Shown here: in pieces, positions 1 through 9,034 of the stretch
Position numbering within the stretch: the first letter of the stretch is position 1
Layout: the number at the start of each line of letters is the position of its first letter
DNA from: Bacteroidia bacterium
GTDB taxonomy: Bacteria > Bacteroidota > Bacteroidia > UKL13-3
Length of the DNA stretch: 64,000 nt
Assembly: GCA_018058135.1 (NCBI GenBank)
Contig: JAGPCK010000011.1
Span: 6-64,005, forward strand
Direction of reading: 5' to 3'
The notes under the pieces: model-generated
What the model was told of the DNA's origin: nothing
Database searches by the model: none
The model's input: only the letters and a program-made list of their open reading frames with translations
Made by a program: the position numbers and the translations under genes

Positions 1-15
1 TTATAAGCCATTTTA

Positions 16-537
16 ATGACAACCTTCGAGACAAAGGGACATAGAGAAATTGACGTAAGTTATCAAGGCATAAACTTGACAGAGTTTGCTTTTGTGGCTG
101 ACAACCAAATTGACAATGACCAAATCGTTGACAACTTCATTCGGACAAAACATTTCAGTTATGACAGCCTGCGTGACTGTATAAAAAAAGAACCTAATAA
201 AAGTTATTTAAGACAAGCATTTAATATTGACAAGATAAAAATAAATCACTTCAAGAAATTTAGCAAAGAAGAAACTATAAAGTTCCTAGTTGACTTTTTA
301 AATGAACCAGACTGGGGAGGCGACAGGGATGAATTTGCAACAATGCTTGACAATTATTTTGAAATTCACAATCAGTTTGACAACAATGACTTTTATGTAA
401 TTTCCAAGGACTGGTTTGACAAAGACGATGAAAGAGTAATAGAACCAGAAAGATGGTGTTACACATATTACTTTCTAATTATTTCGGTTGACAAAAATCT
501 AAATTTATTAACCTTGACAGAGTGGAAGTATGACTAA
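16..537 (+). CDS. Hypothetical protein, 173 aa, AT-rich, in a cassette-like unit
   Basis: Open ORF with no recognised motif. Composition differs from the next gene (spot counts: 11/60 GC at 181-240 vs 34/60 at 661-720). Confidence 0.75.
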   Translation: MTTFETKGHREIDVSYQGINLTEFAFVADNQIDNDQIVDNFIRTKHFSYDSLRDCIKKEPNKSYLRQAFNIDKIKINHFKKFSKEETIKFLVDFLNEPDWGGDRDEFATMLDNYFEIHNQFDNNDFYVISKDWFDKDDERVIEPERWCYTYYFLIISVDKNLNLLTLTEWKYD

Positions 538-562
538 TAAACAATATGACGAAGAGAAAAAC

Positions 563-596
563 GGCTTATAACAGCACATTTGCAATAGGCGGGGTT
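563..596 (+). repeat. Left part of an attC-like cassette-associated element, apparently truncated
   Basis: GGCTTATAA(C) at 563-572 is the exact reverse complement of TTATAAGCC at 1-9. It lies just after the ORF stop. No matching right arm follows position 596. Confidence 0.5.
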
Positions 597-1230
597 GCGC
601 TACCTGCACAAAGCACCTGCGGTAAAAAATGATCATGCGCCTTTGTTAATTCTGTTGCACGGCTTTGGCAGCAATGAGCAGGATTTATTCGGGTTGGCAC
701 CGCATCTGCCTGCCGGATACAGAATACTCTCGGTACAGGCGCCCGTGGCATTGGGTCAGGGCGCGTATGCCTGGTACAAGCTCGATATGTCAACAGGTAA
801 AACGGTGTACGATAAAAAAGAAGCCGAGCAGGCGCGTTTGCAGTTGCTGCGTTTTATAGATTCAGCCAAAGTAAAGTATGCGGCAACACAAGTGCATTTA
901 CTGGGGTTTAGTCAGGGTGCAATTATGAGTTACAGCGTGGCACTTACTCAACCCCAAAAGGTAAATTCTATCACAGCCCTGAGCGGCAGAATATTGGAAG
1001 AGGTTGCTGTACAAGTAAAACCTTCACCCAAACTGATGCAATTGCAGGTGTTTATCGGGCACGGCAAAAACGATCAGGTACTGCCACTGCACTACGGTCA
1101 GGAGGCAAAAGCAGTTTGCACCCGCGCACAAGTGAAACTCACGTATCAGGAGTACAGCATGGCACATGAAATCAACCAACAGGAGCTGGCGGACATAGTG
1201 AAGTGGCTGAATGTTCAACTGCGCAAGTAA
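595..1230 (+). CDS. Phospholipase/carboxylesterase-family alpha/beta hydrolase
   Basis: LLHGFGSNE, nucleophile elbow GFSQG, HGKNDQV and HEI give a Ser-Asp-His triad. TTG start; the 5' end is uncertain. Confidence 0.9.
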   Translation: MRYLHKAPAVKNDHAPLLILLHGFGSNEQDLFGLAPHLPAGYRILSVQAPVALGQGAYAWYKLDMSTGKTVYDKKEAEQARLQLLRFIDSAKVKYAATQVHLLGFSQGAIMSYSVALTQPQKVNSITALSGRILEEVAVQVKPSPKLMQLQVFIGHGKNDQVLPLHYGQEAKAVCTRAQVKLTYQEYSMAHEINQQELADIVKWLNVQLRK

Positions 1231-1240
1231 TGACGACTCT

Positions 1241-2305
1241 TTATTTTACAAACTCCTCATCAGTCAATGTTTTTAAAAATGCCACCAGTGCTTTCTTTTC
1301 ATTGTCGGAAAGTTGCAAGTTGCTGATGTTTTCGCGTTTGTTCATGATGGGGTCAATGTAAGGCGAGTTCTTTACGCCCGAGTTATAAAATTCCACCACC
1401 TGTTCCAATGTGGCATAACGGCCATCGTGCATGTAAGGCGCAGTGCGGGCAACGTTGCGTAAAGTAGGTGTAAGAAATTTCCCTAAATCCTTGTCTGAAT
1501 TGGTTACCAGTGTACGTCCTTTATCAAAGCCGTTAAATACATTGCTCAATCCGTTGTTGTGAAAACTGTTGTCGGAAAACAAAGGGTCGCTGTGGCAATG
1601 GAAACAATCGCCCCGCTCACTAAAAAAAATGAGCATGCCGGCATATTCTTCTTCCGTAAGGGAAGTTTTTTGTGCGCGGTAACGGTCAAACTTAGAATCA
1701 GCACTCACCAGTGTGCGCATGTACTGTGAGATGGCATAACAGATTTTAATTTTCAGTTCGTGGTAGGTAAGGTTATTGAGGTTAGTTATACCGAAGGCCT
1801 TTCGGAACATTTTCGGGTATTCCGGATGTGCGTTAAGTCTTTGGTAAAGGTCGGCTGCGTTGGTGTTAAAAAATTCTGCTTCAAAATCGCCCATGCATAA
1901 AGTGTCGAGCACTTCTACTGATCCCGTCCAGTTGTAGTAGGTTTTAAATGCCAGGTTTACATGAGGCGGCACACTGAAACGAAAACCGTTGGCTGCATTA
2001 AAAGTGGGTGCTGAGTACGACAATGATTTCATGTGGCAGGAGGAGCAACTTAACCCGTTGGACGACAGAATAGGGTCGGAGTACAGGCGTTTGCCCAAGT
2101 CAATCCCTTCCACCGTTAGCGGGTTTTGTCGTGATAAGTTGGGCTGCGGAAATCCGTCAGGCACCTTTAGGTAATACGGTGTGGAAGCTGTTACCACAGG
2201 CGGCACGTAAGGTTCATCGGTGTCTGTATTTCTACAGGATATTACTGAGGTAATCAGCAGCAGTACCCATACAAGTTTACCTTGTCTCGAAAACATCTTT
2301 TCCAT
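1241..2305 (-). CDS. Di-heme cytochrome c peroxidase family lipoprotein (MauG/MbnH-like)
   Basis: Two CxxCH motifs (CSSCH, CFHCH), TPTLRNV and TAPYMHDG, lipobox VISC, and adjacency to an MbnP-like gene. Confidence 0.85.
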   Translation of the reverse strand: MEKMFSRQGKLVWVLLLITSVISCRNTDTDEPYVPPVVTASTPYYLKVPDGFPQPNLSRQNPLTVEGIDLGKRLYSDPILSSNGLSCSSCHMKSLSYSAPTFNAANGFRFSVPPHVNLAFKTYYNWTGSVEVLDTLCMGDFEAEFFNTNAADLYQRLNAHPEYPKMFRKAFGITNLNNLTYHELKIKICYAISQYMRTLVSADSKFDRYRAQKTSLTEEEYAGMLIFFSERGDCFHCHSDPLFSDNSFHNNGLSNVFNGFDKGRTLVTNSDKDLGKFLTPTLRNVARTAPYMHDGRYATLEQVVEFYNSGVKNSPYIDPIMNKRENISNLQLSDNEKKALVAFLKTLTDEEFVK

Positions 2306-3038
2306 TGTTACGTATTAGTTGCATAAGTTCAGGTATGCCCATGGTATAGTTTCCATCGGTAATAAAATTATAATTATAGGGCTGAGTGTACCATGCATTG
2401 ATATTCATGGCCAGTGTAAGTCGGCTTGTTTTATTTTGTTCAACAGTAAGCAGAATGTTCAATGGCTGATGACGTACCAAAGCCGCGTTAGTGCCCAAGT
2501 GCATGGCATAACCTTTGGGTGCACCGTTGGTATTCAGGTATTGTCCTTCCAGTTTAAGGAAGTGGTACCCGCCACCCATTACATCGGGCCAGCTCATGTT
2601 TATGTTGTCCAACGTATTGGGCAAACTGTACGATTGGTTGGTAAGTGAATCTAACCCGATTAAAAACTGAATGGAAGTATATGTGCCGACAGGAATATGC
2701 GGTAAGGTAATTTTTTCGTCACCACGTGTCGCATCTATGTAATGAAATCCTTTAGTGAAAACTGTTTTTCCTGTGGCTGTTTTTAATACGGCATTGGAAA
2801 GGTAGTACTGCAGCCGACTTACACTGTAGTAGTTTCCGGCCGCATTCTGATAAATCAGCGAGTCGAAAAGGAGTGCCTCTCCATCCACTTCATGTGTGAT
2901 GTTCAGTTGCACATTTCCGGTGCTTAAAAAATCGGTTTCCTCTTTGTCGTTTTTGCACGAGTAAAAGAAAAACTGATTGACCAAAAGTAAGGCCAGTTGT
3001 GCCATAAGTACCAACGGGGTTTTTATTCCGGAATTCAT
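2277..3038 (-). CDS. MbnP-family putative copper-binding lipoprotein
   Basis: Lipobox FYSC; SRLQYYLSN, FLIGLD and GYHFLKLEG are MbnP-type segments; overlaps the MbnH-like gene. Confidence 0.75.
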   Translation of the reverse strand: MNSGIKTPLVLMAQLALLLVNQFFFYSCKNDKEETDFLSTGNVQLNITHEVDGEALLFDSLIYQNAAGNYYSVSRLQYYLSNAVLKTATGKTVFTKGFHYIDATRGDEKITLPHIPVGTYTSIQFLIGLDSLTNQSYSLPNTLDNINMSWPDVMGGGYHFLKLEGQYLNTNGAPKGYAMHLGTNAALVRHQPLNILLTVEQNKTSRLTLAMNINAWYTQPYNYNFITDGNYTMGIPELMQLIRNNGKDVFETR

Positions 3039-3072
3039 AACTCAAAGTTCCTTTGTTATATGGGCATATTCG

Positions 3073-3086
3073 TTGACTTTGGTCAA
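3073..3086. promoter_or_regulatory. FNR-type operator TTGAC-N4-GTCAA (site 1)
   Basis: TTGACTTTGGTCAA has perfect 5-bp arms and lies in the divergent mbnP/nadA gap. Confidence 0.75.
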
Positions 3087-3137
3087 GGTTTTTGTGGTTC
3101 ATACATCGGGATATTGCAGCGTTTAAAATGATATGAC

Positions 3138-4103
3138 ATGCCGCAAGCAGATGTGAAGATGAAGTACAACCGCATTCAGCAGTTGAAAAAAGAAAAAGAT
3201 GTAACCTTACTGGCCCACTACTATATGCCTGCCGAGTTGCAATGTAAAACCACACAAGGGGGCATTGCTGATTATGTGGGTGATTCACTCGGTTTAAGTG
3301 TAGAAGCACAAAACACCCCCGCCCGCAATATTTTATTTTGTGGTGTACGTTTTATGGCCGAAACAGCTTTGGTTATTAACCCCGGTAAAAATGTTTTTAT
3401 GCCCGATGTATCCGCAGGCTGTTCACTGGCTTCCAGTATCTCTGCTCAGGATGTACGTGATTTAAAAAAGCAATATCCCGGAGTGCCGGTAATGGGCTAC
3501 ATCAATACGTATGCAGAAACGAAAACCGAACTGGACATTTGCTGTACTTCCAGAAATGCAGTAGCCATTGCTTCATCGCTGGAGGGCGACCGGCTTATTT
3601 TTGTTCCCGATTTGTACATGGGGCAAAATTTGAAACGCGTAATTGAAAAACAATGCGGCAAAGAACTTATTCTTTGGAAAGGTACCTGTGAAGTGCATGA
3701 GCAGTTTAACAACGCTATGGTAGAAGTGGAAGATGGTGATACAGAAATTCTGATGCACTGGGAGGTGCCGGGTGATACCGTGAACACGCAGCTGTCGAAA
3801 CGCAAAGGCATAGTAGGCAGCACGGGAGATATTCTGCAGTATGTTCAACAAAGTAAGGCCACCAAATTTCTGCTTGCTTCAGAATGTGATTTAGGAGTGG
3901 CACTGAAAGAAATGAATGCCGGTAAGGAATTTATTACCCCCTGCATTAAGTGTGCATACATGAAACAAAATACACTGGAAAAAGTACTGCAGGCACTGGA
4001 AGCAATAGGTACAACAGAAGAAGCTAACTACCGCATTACGCTGGATGAGGAGGTATTGCAGAAAGCGCGTAAGCCCGTGTTGCGGATGTTAAATTATAAC
4101 TAA
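3138..4103 (+). CDS. nadA: Quinolinate synthase A
   Basis: LLAHYY, GDSLGLS, FCGVRFMAE, and three [4Fe-4S] Cys (AGCSLA, GTCEVH, CAYMK). Alternative start at ATG 3159. Confidence 0.95.
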   Translation: MPQADVKMKYNRIQQLKKEKDVTLLAHYYMPAELQCKTTQGGIADYVGDSLGLSVEAQNTPARNILFCGVRFMAETALVINPGKNVFMPDVSAGCSLASSISAQDVRDLKKQYPGVPVMGYINTYAETKTELDICCTSRNAVAIASSLEGDRLIFVPDLYMGQNLKRVIEKQCGKELILWKGTCEVHEQFNNAMVEVEDGDTEILMHWEVPGDTVNTQLSKRKGIVGSTGDILQYVQQSKATKFLLASECDLGVALKEMNAGKEFITPCIKCAYMKQNTLEKVLQALEAIGTTEEANYRITLDEEVLQKARKPVLRMLNYN

Positions 4104-4109
4104 GCAAGA

Positions 4110-5639
4110 TTGAAATATTCGAAACGCATCATTTGTGCAGGCAACGGATTGGCTGCATTAAATCTGGCCCTGCACCTGGCCGATGATACCGAGTTACTCA
4201 TTCTGGCTGCTGCTGATTTTTCAGCAAGTAACAGTTACCTGGCCAAAGGAGGTATTGCCATTCCGCTGCAGGAGGAAGATTCCGAACGCCATATACAAGA
4301 TACGTTAATAGCAGGTGATGGCTTGTGTGATGAAGCTGTAGTAAGGGAACTGATTCACGAAGCTCCGGCTGTGGTAAACATGCTCCGGCATTTCGGTTTA
4401 AATTTTGATTCGAGCCTTTCCCGTGAAGGCGGACACAGTTGTGCACGTATTCACCATGTAGCCGATGAAACCGGACGGCACGTAGTAAAAGCATTGTATC
4501 AATACGTAGTACGTAAAAAGAACGTTAAAATTCTCACCGCTCATCACCTGTTGAGTTTGTACATGGATAAAGGTGTTTGTGCAGGTGCCGTTGCCGGAGA
4601 CTCCGTTACACAAAAAGTAAAGTTGATTACAGCCGATGCCGTAGTGCTGGCTACTGGTGGTTGCGGTAATCTGTATCACTACCACACCAATGCCCCTTTT
4701 GCCAACGGAGAGGGTTATGCCATGGCTGAGCGGGCAGGTGCGCGTTTGGCTGATATGGAGTTTGTACAGTTTCATCCCACGCGTTTGTATGACCCGTTGT
4801 TGCAACATCACTTATTGATTACGGAAGCTTTTCGCGGGGCAGGTGCGGTATTGCGCGACCACACCATGCGCGATCTGATGGCAGGTGTACACCCGTTGGG
4901 TAGTCTGGCTCCTCGCGATGTGGTGAGCCGGAGTATGCACACCTGCATGAAGGAATCGGGACATGATTTTCTGTGGCTCGATTTTTCCAAAGTGGATATG
5001 GAACTAATGCAAAGTGATTTTCCCGCATTGTTTAGTATGTGTACACAAAAGGGATTTATGAAAAATAAACGCATACCGGTAACACCTGCTGCGCATTACA
5101 TGTGCGGAGGAGTTGTGACCGATACGTTCGGGGCTACCACCGTTCCGGGATTATATGCAGTTGGTGAAGTGGCCCGCACCGGTTTGCATGGAGCCAACCG
5201 CTTAGCCAGTAATTCCCTGATGGAGCTGTTGGTTATATCCAAACGACTGGCTGAGCGCCTGAATGAAACAGGTACGGTAAACAAACACAAAACGGTTGAA
5301 CTGCCAACCACAGCTGAGCACCCTCATGCGGTTTATGCTGACCCTGTTTTACGTAAAGTGAAACGCATTATGTGGGACTATTTTGGTATAGTCAGAAATG
5401 CAGTATCCATGCAACACGGTTTAGAGGAATTGTATCAACTGGAAGCCTGTTTGCCACCATTGTCGCACACGGCAGATATTACACTGCAACAAACCCATCA
5501 TGCCGTTCATGCAGCTACGTTGATTGCCCGCAGTGCAGTGGTGCGTAAAGAAAGCAAAGGATGTCATTGCCGGGAAGATTTTTCAGTAACGCACGGCACT
5601 TCAGTAAAAGAACAGGAGAATCTGATAGATATCAGTTAA
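4110..5639 (+). CDS. nadB: L-aspartate oxidase
   Basis: EGGHS, QFHPT, LAPRDVV, HYMCGG and GLHGANRLASNSL motifs; 6 bp downstream of nadA. Confidence 0.93.
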   Translation: MKYSKRIICAGNGLAALNLALHLADDTELLILAAADFSASNSYLAKGGIAIPLQEEDSERHIQDTLIAGDGLCDEAVVRELIHEAPAVVNMLRHFGLNFDSSLSREGGHSCARIHHVADETGRHVVKALYQYVVRKKNVKILTAHHLLSLYMDKGVCAGAVAGDSVTQKVKLITADAVVLATGGCGNLYHYHTNAPFANGEGYAMAERAGARLADMEFVQFHPTRLYDPLLQHHLLITEAFRGAGAVLRDHTMRDLMAGVHPLGSLAPRDVVSRSMHTCMKESGHDFLWLDFSKVDMELMQSDFPALFSMCTQKGFMKNKRIPVTPAAHYMCGGVVTDTFGATTVPGLYAVGEVARTGLHGANRLASNSLMELLVISKRLAERLNETGTVNKHKTVELPTTAEHPHAVYADPVLRKVKRIMWDYFGIVRNAVSMQHGLEELYQLEACLPPLSHTADITLQQTHHAVHAATLIARSAVVRKESKGCHCREDFSVTHGTSVKEQENLIDIS

Positions 5640-5644
5640 GGTGT

Positions 5645-6058
5645 TCAGCGATTCTCCCATTCCGCATAACAGGACTCTGTTTCGTAAAGACGAAGGCGCA
5701 TAAGAGCAATGTGCTGAGGTAAAAGCGGTTTTATTTTTTCTACCATGTAGCTCAGTAAATACTCGGCAGTTGGCTCACCATCAATCCAACAGATTTTGTT
5801 CACCAGGTTTTTGGTAGCAGAGAGATTGATGGTATTGCGTTTAAGCAGCAAGGAGTGGTCAAAGTCTTTGAGAATGCTGCTCTCTACAATTTTTTTCAAA
5901 TCCTTAAAATCGAAAAGAATATTGTTTTCATTAAAATTGGTGCCGGTTACGGTGACGTGTAGTTTGTAGCCGTGGCCATGTATTTCCCTGCATGAGCCGT
6001 TGTAGCCTGAAATAGCATGAGCCGCTTCAAACTGAAATATTTTTGTAACGCTAATCAT
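5645..6058 (-). CDS. queD: 6-carboxytetrahydropterin synthase (QueD/PTPS family)
   Basis: FEAAH, CxxxHGH, DFxDLK, DH, PTAE and LYET motifs. Confidence 0.9.
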   Translation of the reverse strand: MISVTKIFQFEAAHAISGYNGSCREIHGHGYKLHVTVTGTNFNENNILFDFKDLKKIVESSILKDFDHSLLLKRNTINLSATKNLVNKICWIDGEPTAEYLLSYMVEKIKPLLPQHIALMRLRLYETESCYAEWENR

Positions 6059-7232
6059 CGGAATATTGTCTACGTTTCATTTCTTTTTTGAGCATGTCGA
6101 GTTCGCGGTTCATTTGTCCGTTTACGGAGGTGTTTTCTTCAGCCCTGCGCATCAGGTAAGGGATGGCTTTTTCTACCTCGCCATAGGGCAAATATTTGGA
6201 AGCATGGTACCCATGAGCCGCCAGATTAAACGTGATGTGGTCGCTCATACCGTACAACTGTGAGAATTGCAATTTCTCCATCGGGTTGGTAACGTTGTAA
6301 CTCTTCAGGCAGTCAATGGCATATTGAACGCTTTCTTCATTGTGAGAAGCAATACAGGTAACCACCACATCATGATTTTGAAGACAAATTTCCGTGGCGG
6401 TGTTAAATGATTTATCTGTATCCGATTTTTTTTCAAACACCGGATTGGGTAAGCCAACCTCCGCAGCATGTCGGGTTTCTTTTTCCAGATAAGCTCCACG
6501 TACCAGTTTAATGCCGCATAAATACTTGTATTGTCGTGCCCGTGCAATGGCTGCTTGTAAATACGCTACTCTGTCGGTGCGGTACATTTGCAGGGTGTTG
6601 AATACAATTACCTTTTCGTGGTTAAATTGTTTCATCATTTGTTCGGTTAAGGAATCAATCACCTCCTGCATCCAGGTTTCTTCCGCATCAATGTACACCA
6701 TAATATTTTTTTCAGCAGCAGCACGGCAAATATCTTCAACGTGTTTTCTAAAACGGTTGTATCGGTTTTGTTGTGTCCCGCTCAGTTGATTGTGGGTGTG
6801 ATTAATTTGTGTGAGAAAATCAGGGTCTTCCAATCCTGTAAGTTTTACACTGATAAAATCTGCTTTTGTTCCGTTGACCTCAGCGTTGATGTTTGCAATT
6901 ATTTTTTCAGCATTGCGGCTGAAAGCTTCTTCACTTTTTTCGCCTTCCGATACATAGTCTAAAACAGCCATTACATTGTAATCGTGCAGGTGACGTATGG
7001 TTTGAAATGCTTCGGCTTCATTTTCTCCCGAGCAAAAAACCTTAAATACAGTAGAGCGGATAATTCCTTTGAAAGGCAGGTTGTATTGAAGAATCAGTTT
7101 GGCTGCATACGAGAGTATTTTTACCAACCAGGGGTAATGAAGCAAGGTAAACACCAGTTGGGTGAAACGTATTTCTTTATCCGTTTTGTGGGCATAAGCG
7201 GTTTTAAGTTCATTAAATGATAGCGTACTCAT
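6051..7232 (-). CDS. Monofunctional proline dehydrogenase
   Basis: IDAEE, NTLQMYR, KLVRGAY, ASHN, QLYGM and YLMRRAEEN motifs. Confidence 0.92.
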   Translation of the reverse strand: MSTLSFNELKTAYAHKTDKEIRFTQLVFTLLHYPWLVKILSYAAKLILQYNLPFKGIIRSTVFKVFCSGENEAEAFQTIRHLHDYNVMAVLDYVSEGEKSEEAFSRNAEKIIANINAEVNGTKADFISVKLTGLEDPDFLTQINHTHNQLSGTQQNRYNRFRKHVEDICRAAAEKNIMVYIDAEETWMQEVIDSLTEQMMKQFNHEKVIVFNTLQMYRTDRVAYLQAAIARARQYKYLCGIKLVRGAYLEKETRHAAEVGLPNPVFEKKSDTDKSFNTATEICLQNHDVVVTCIASHNEESVQYAIDCLKSYNVTNPMEKLQFSQLYGMSDHITFNLAAHGYHASKYLPYGEVEKAIPYLMRRAEENTSVNGQMNRELDMLKKEMKRRQYSDD

Positions 7233-7233
7233 G

Positions 7234-8634
7234 TTATGCGAATTTTATCTCAGTGGATGTTTTTTCTTTTTTACGTGTTACCTGTTTGCGTTGTTTAATG
7301 TTGCAGGTAACGTAATTGCGCAGCAGCACAATAGCTAGTATGCCTAAGGTGATCATCAGTACAACACCTGAATACACAAAAAGCAGGAACCAGTTACTCA
7401 GTCCGCTCATCATAGTGCTGAAGGAAGTGGTAGTATTCCCCATTTGCCACAGTCCTTTTTCTATACCGGCTGCGTTAAGGGAGAACCAGAAAATAAACAA
7501 AGCTACTTGTGTGCCCCAAAAAGAAATGTTCAGCCATTTTTTATTTGCTTCAGCGGGATAGCAACCGGTGTTTAGGAATTCAAAACAAGCGGCCAGCAAT
7601 ATCATGGTGTTGATGCCGATGGTTGTTCCCATAGCATGAGCAACGGTAACGTGAGTACCGTGTGTATACAGATTAAGAGCAGGTACGGACATGATAATGG
7701 CCTGTCCCATGTTGATGAATACCCACAGTTCAGAAGCCATTAAAAAACGATACGGGAAGTAGTGGTAGTGCTTTTGCATGCTACTTATACTTTGTTTCCA
7801 GGTGTAAATGATGCGAGCAAAGAATATCCATTCCGTCATACTTACGGCATAACCTACATAACGTACATATGCATCGGTAGGAAGGGTGTAAACGTGGTGC
7901 CCCCAGTTAAACATGAGGTTAAACAATCCCAGAAAATACATGGCAAAAGAGAGTTTGCTGTAAGCCATTTTTTTATCCCCGCTTATTTTTTCCATCAGGA
8001 ATATAGCAGTGCCGTAAAGCAGTTGGTTCCATGAACCTACCAGCGAACCATTGGCTTTCCATTGAATGGTCATGTCGGTTACAAAGTGTTCGCGGAAGTA
8101 AGGAAATAACCAGAGATAGTTTTCGATAAAGGTGAAAAGGAAAAATACCAAACCGGTCATCCACATCCATAAGTATACGGGCCATTGCCGGATGGTTTTT
8201 GCCACTTTGATAAAGTTGATTATAAACATCAGCCAGGATATAGCAATAGGCAACGCAGGCCAAGGATTAAACTCCCAGTATTCTCTGCCGCCAAAATTGC
8301 TGTGCAGGTAATTGTAAAAAATCCAAACGATGGCAATTATCCATAAGGCCAGTTGTACTACAGCGATTCTGGCTGAAAGCAGGTGTCCGTATTTATGCCA
8401 CAACCCGCTGTACACGCAACCTGTTGCACCCAGTATAATCCAGAACAAAACGGAGGAAACGTGCATGGGGCGCAGCGCAGAAAAACCCACAGCAGAGTTC
8501 TTCCACAAGTCGGGATAGAGGTAACTGTGTGCTGCGGTTACACCTAAGCCTAATCCCAGCAATAGCATCAGCAGTGCCAACGCCAAAAATGTTTTAGCTA
8601 CAGGTTGAATAGTGTTAGTCATTTTGTTGTTCAA
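7234..8634 (-). CDS. Heme-copper oxidoreductase large subunit, NorB-like with non-canonical ligands (nNOR-like)
   Basis: About 12 hydrophobic segments; RPMH (H58), GREY, WGHH (H246/H247) and HGTHVTVAH (H333). The canonical HLWVEG aligns with NGSLVG and the canonical HxH with HAM. Confidence 0.8.
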   Translation of the reverse strand: MNNKMTNTIQPVAKTFLALALLMLLLGLGLGVTAAHSYLYPDLWKNSAVGFSALRPMHVSSVLFWIILGATGCVYSGLWHKYGHLLSARIAVVQLALWIIAIVWIFYNYLHSNFGGREYWEFNPWPALPIAISWLMFIINFIKVAKTIRQWPVYLWMWMTGLVFFLFTFIENYLWLFPYFREHFVTDMTIQWKANGSLVGSWNQLLYGTAIFLMEKISGDKKMAYSKLSFAMYFLGLFNLMFNWGHHVYTLPTDAYVRYVGYAVSMTEWIFFARIIYTWKQSISSMQKHYHYFPYRFLMASELWVFINMGQAIIMSVPALNLYTHGTHVTVAHAMGTTIGINTMILLAACFEFLNTGCYPAEANKKWLNISFWGTQVALFIFWFSLNAAGIEKGLWQMGNTTTSFSTMMSGLSNWFLLFVYSGVVLMITLGILAIVLLRNYVTCNIKQRKQVTRKKEKTSTEIKFA

Positions 8635-9034
8635 TCATTCCGTTCCACAATGTTTTGTAGGATGTGGGTCGTCCGTTTCCGGTAGCATCTGCTGCCCTTA
8701 GAAATGCCAGCAGCCGGGTAAGTTCTTCATCGGTTAAATCGAACACGGGCATTTGTTTGTTACCGCTTTTGAGTAAGGCATGAATGTAAGTGCTGTCTTT
8801 ACCGGGTGACGACATCAGGTTAGTTAAATCGGGTCCCAGATAGCCACCTAATCCATAGAGCTGGTGGCAACTCTGGCAGTTGTATTTTTGCCATACCAAA
8901 CGGCCTTCTCCGGCTTGTGAATTTGCAAGTTGCAATTCAGTTGTATGGCGTAACGGAGCAGTATAAATAGAGAAAGAATAGGCCAGAAAAAGCACACACA
9001 AAACAACAAAAATATGTCGCGGATGAATTTTCAT
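8615..9034 (-). CDS. NorC-like membrane-anchored monoheme cytochrome c
   Basis: N-terminal TM helix; GRLVWQKYNCQSCHQLYGLGGYLGPDLT matches the NorC pattern; Met in KQMP; overlaps the NorB-like gene. Confidence 0.85.
   Translation of the reverse strand: MKIHPRHIFVVLCVLFLAYSFSIYTAPLRHTTELQLANSQAGEGRLVWQKYNCQSCHQLYGLGGYLGPDLTNLMSSPGKDSTYIHALLKSGNKQMPVFDLTDEELTRLLAFLRAADATGNGRPTSYKTLWNGMIEQQND

Noticed and set aside
1241-3038. Methanobactin biosynthesis cluster
   Set aside because: No mbnA precursor or mbnB/mbnC-like genes in the window; MbnPH-like pairs occur independently of methanobactin.
7234-8634. Nitric oxide dismutase (NOD) or cbb3 oxidase CcoN
   Set aside because: NOD proteins are long single-subunit qNOR derivatives, whereas this is 466 aa with a separate NorC-like cytochrome. 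CcoN needs three CuB His and a cross-linking Tyr and is accompanied by ccoOQP; these are not seen.
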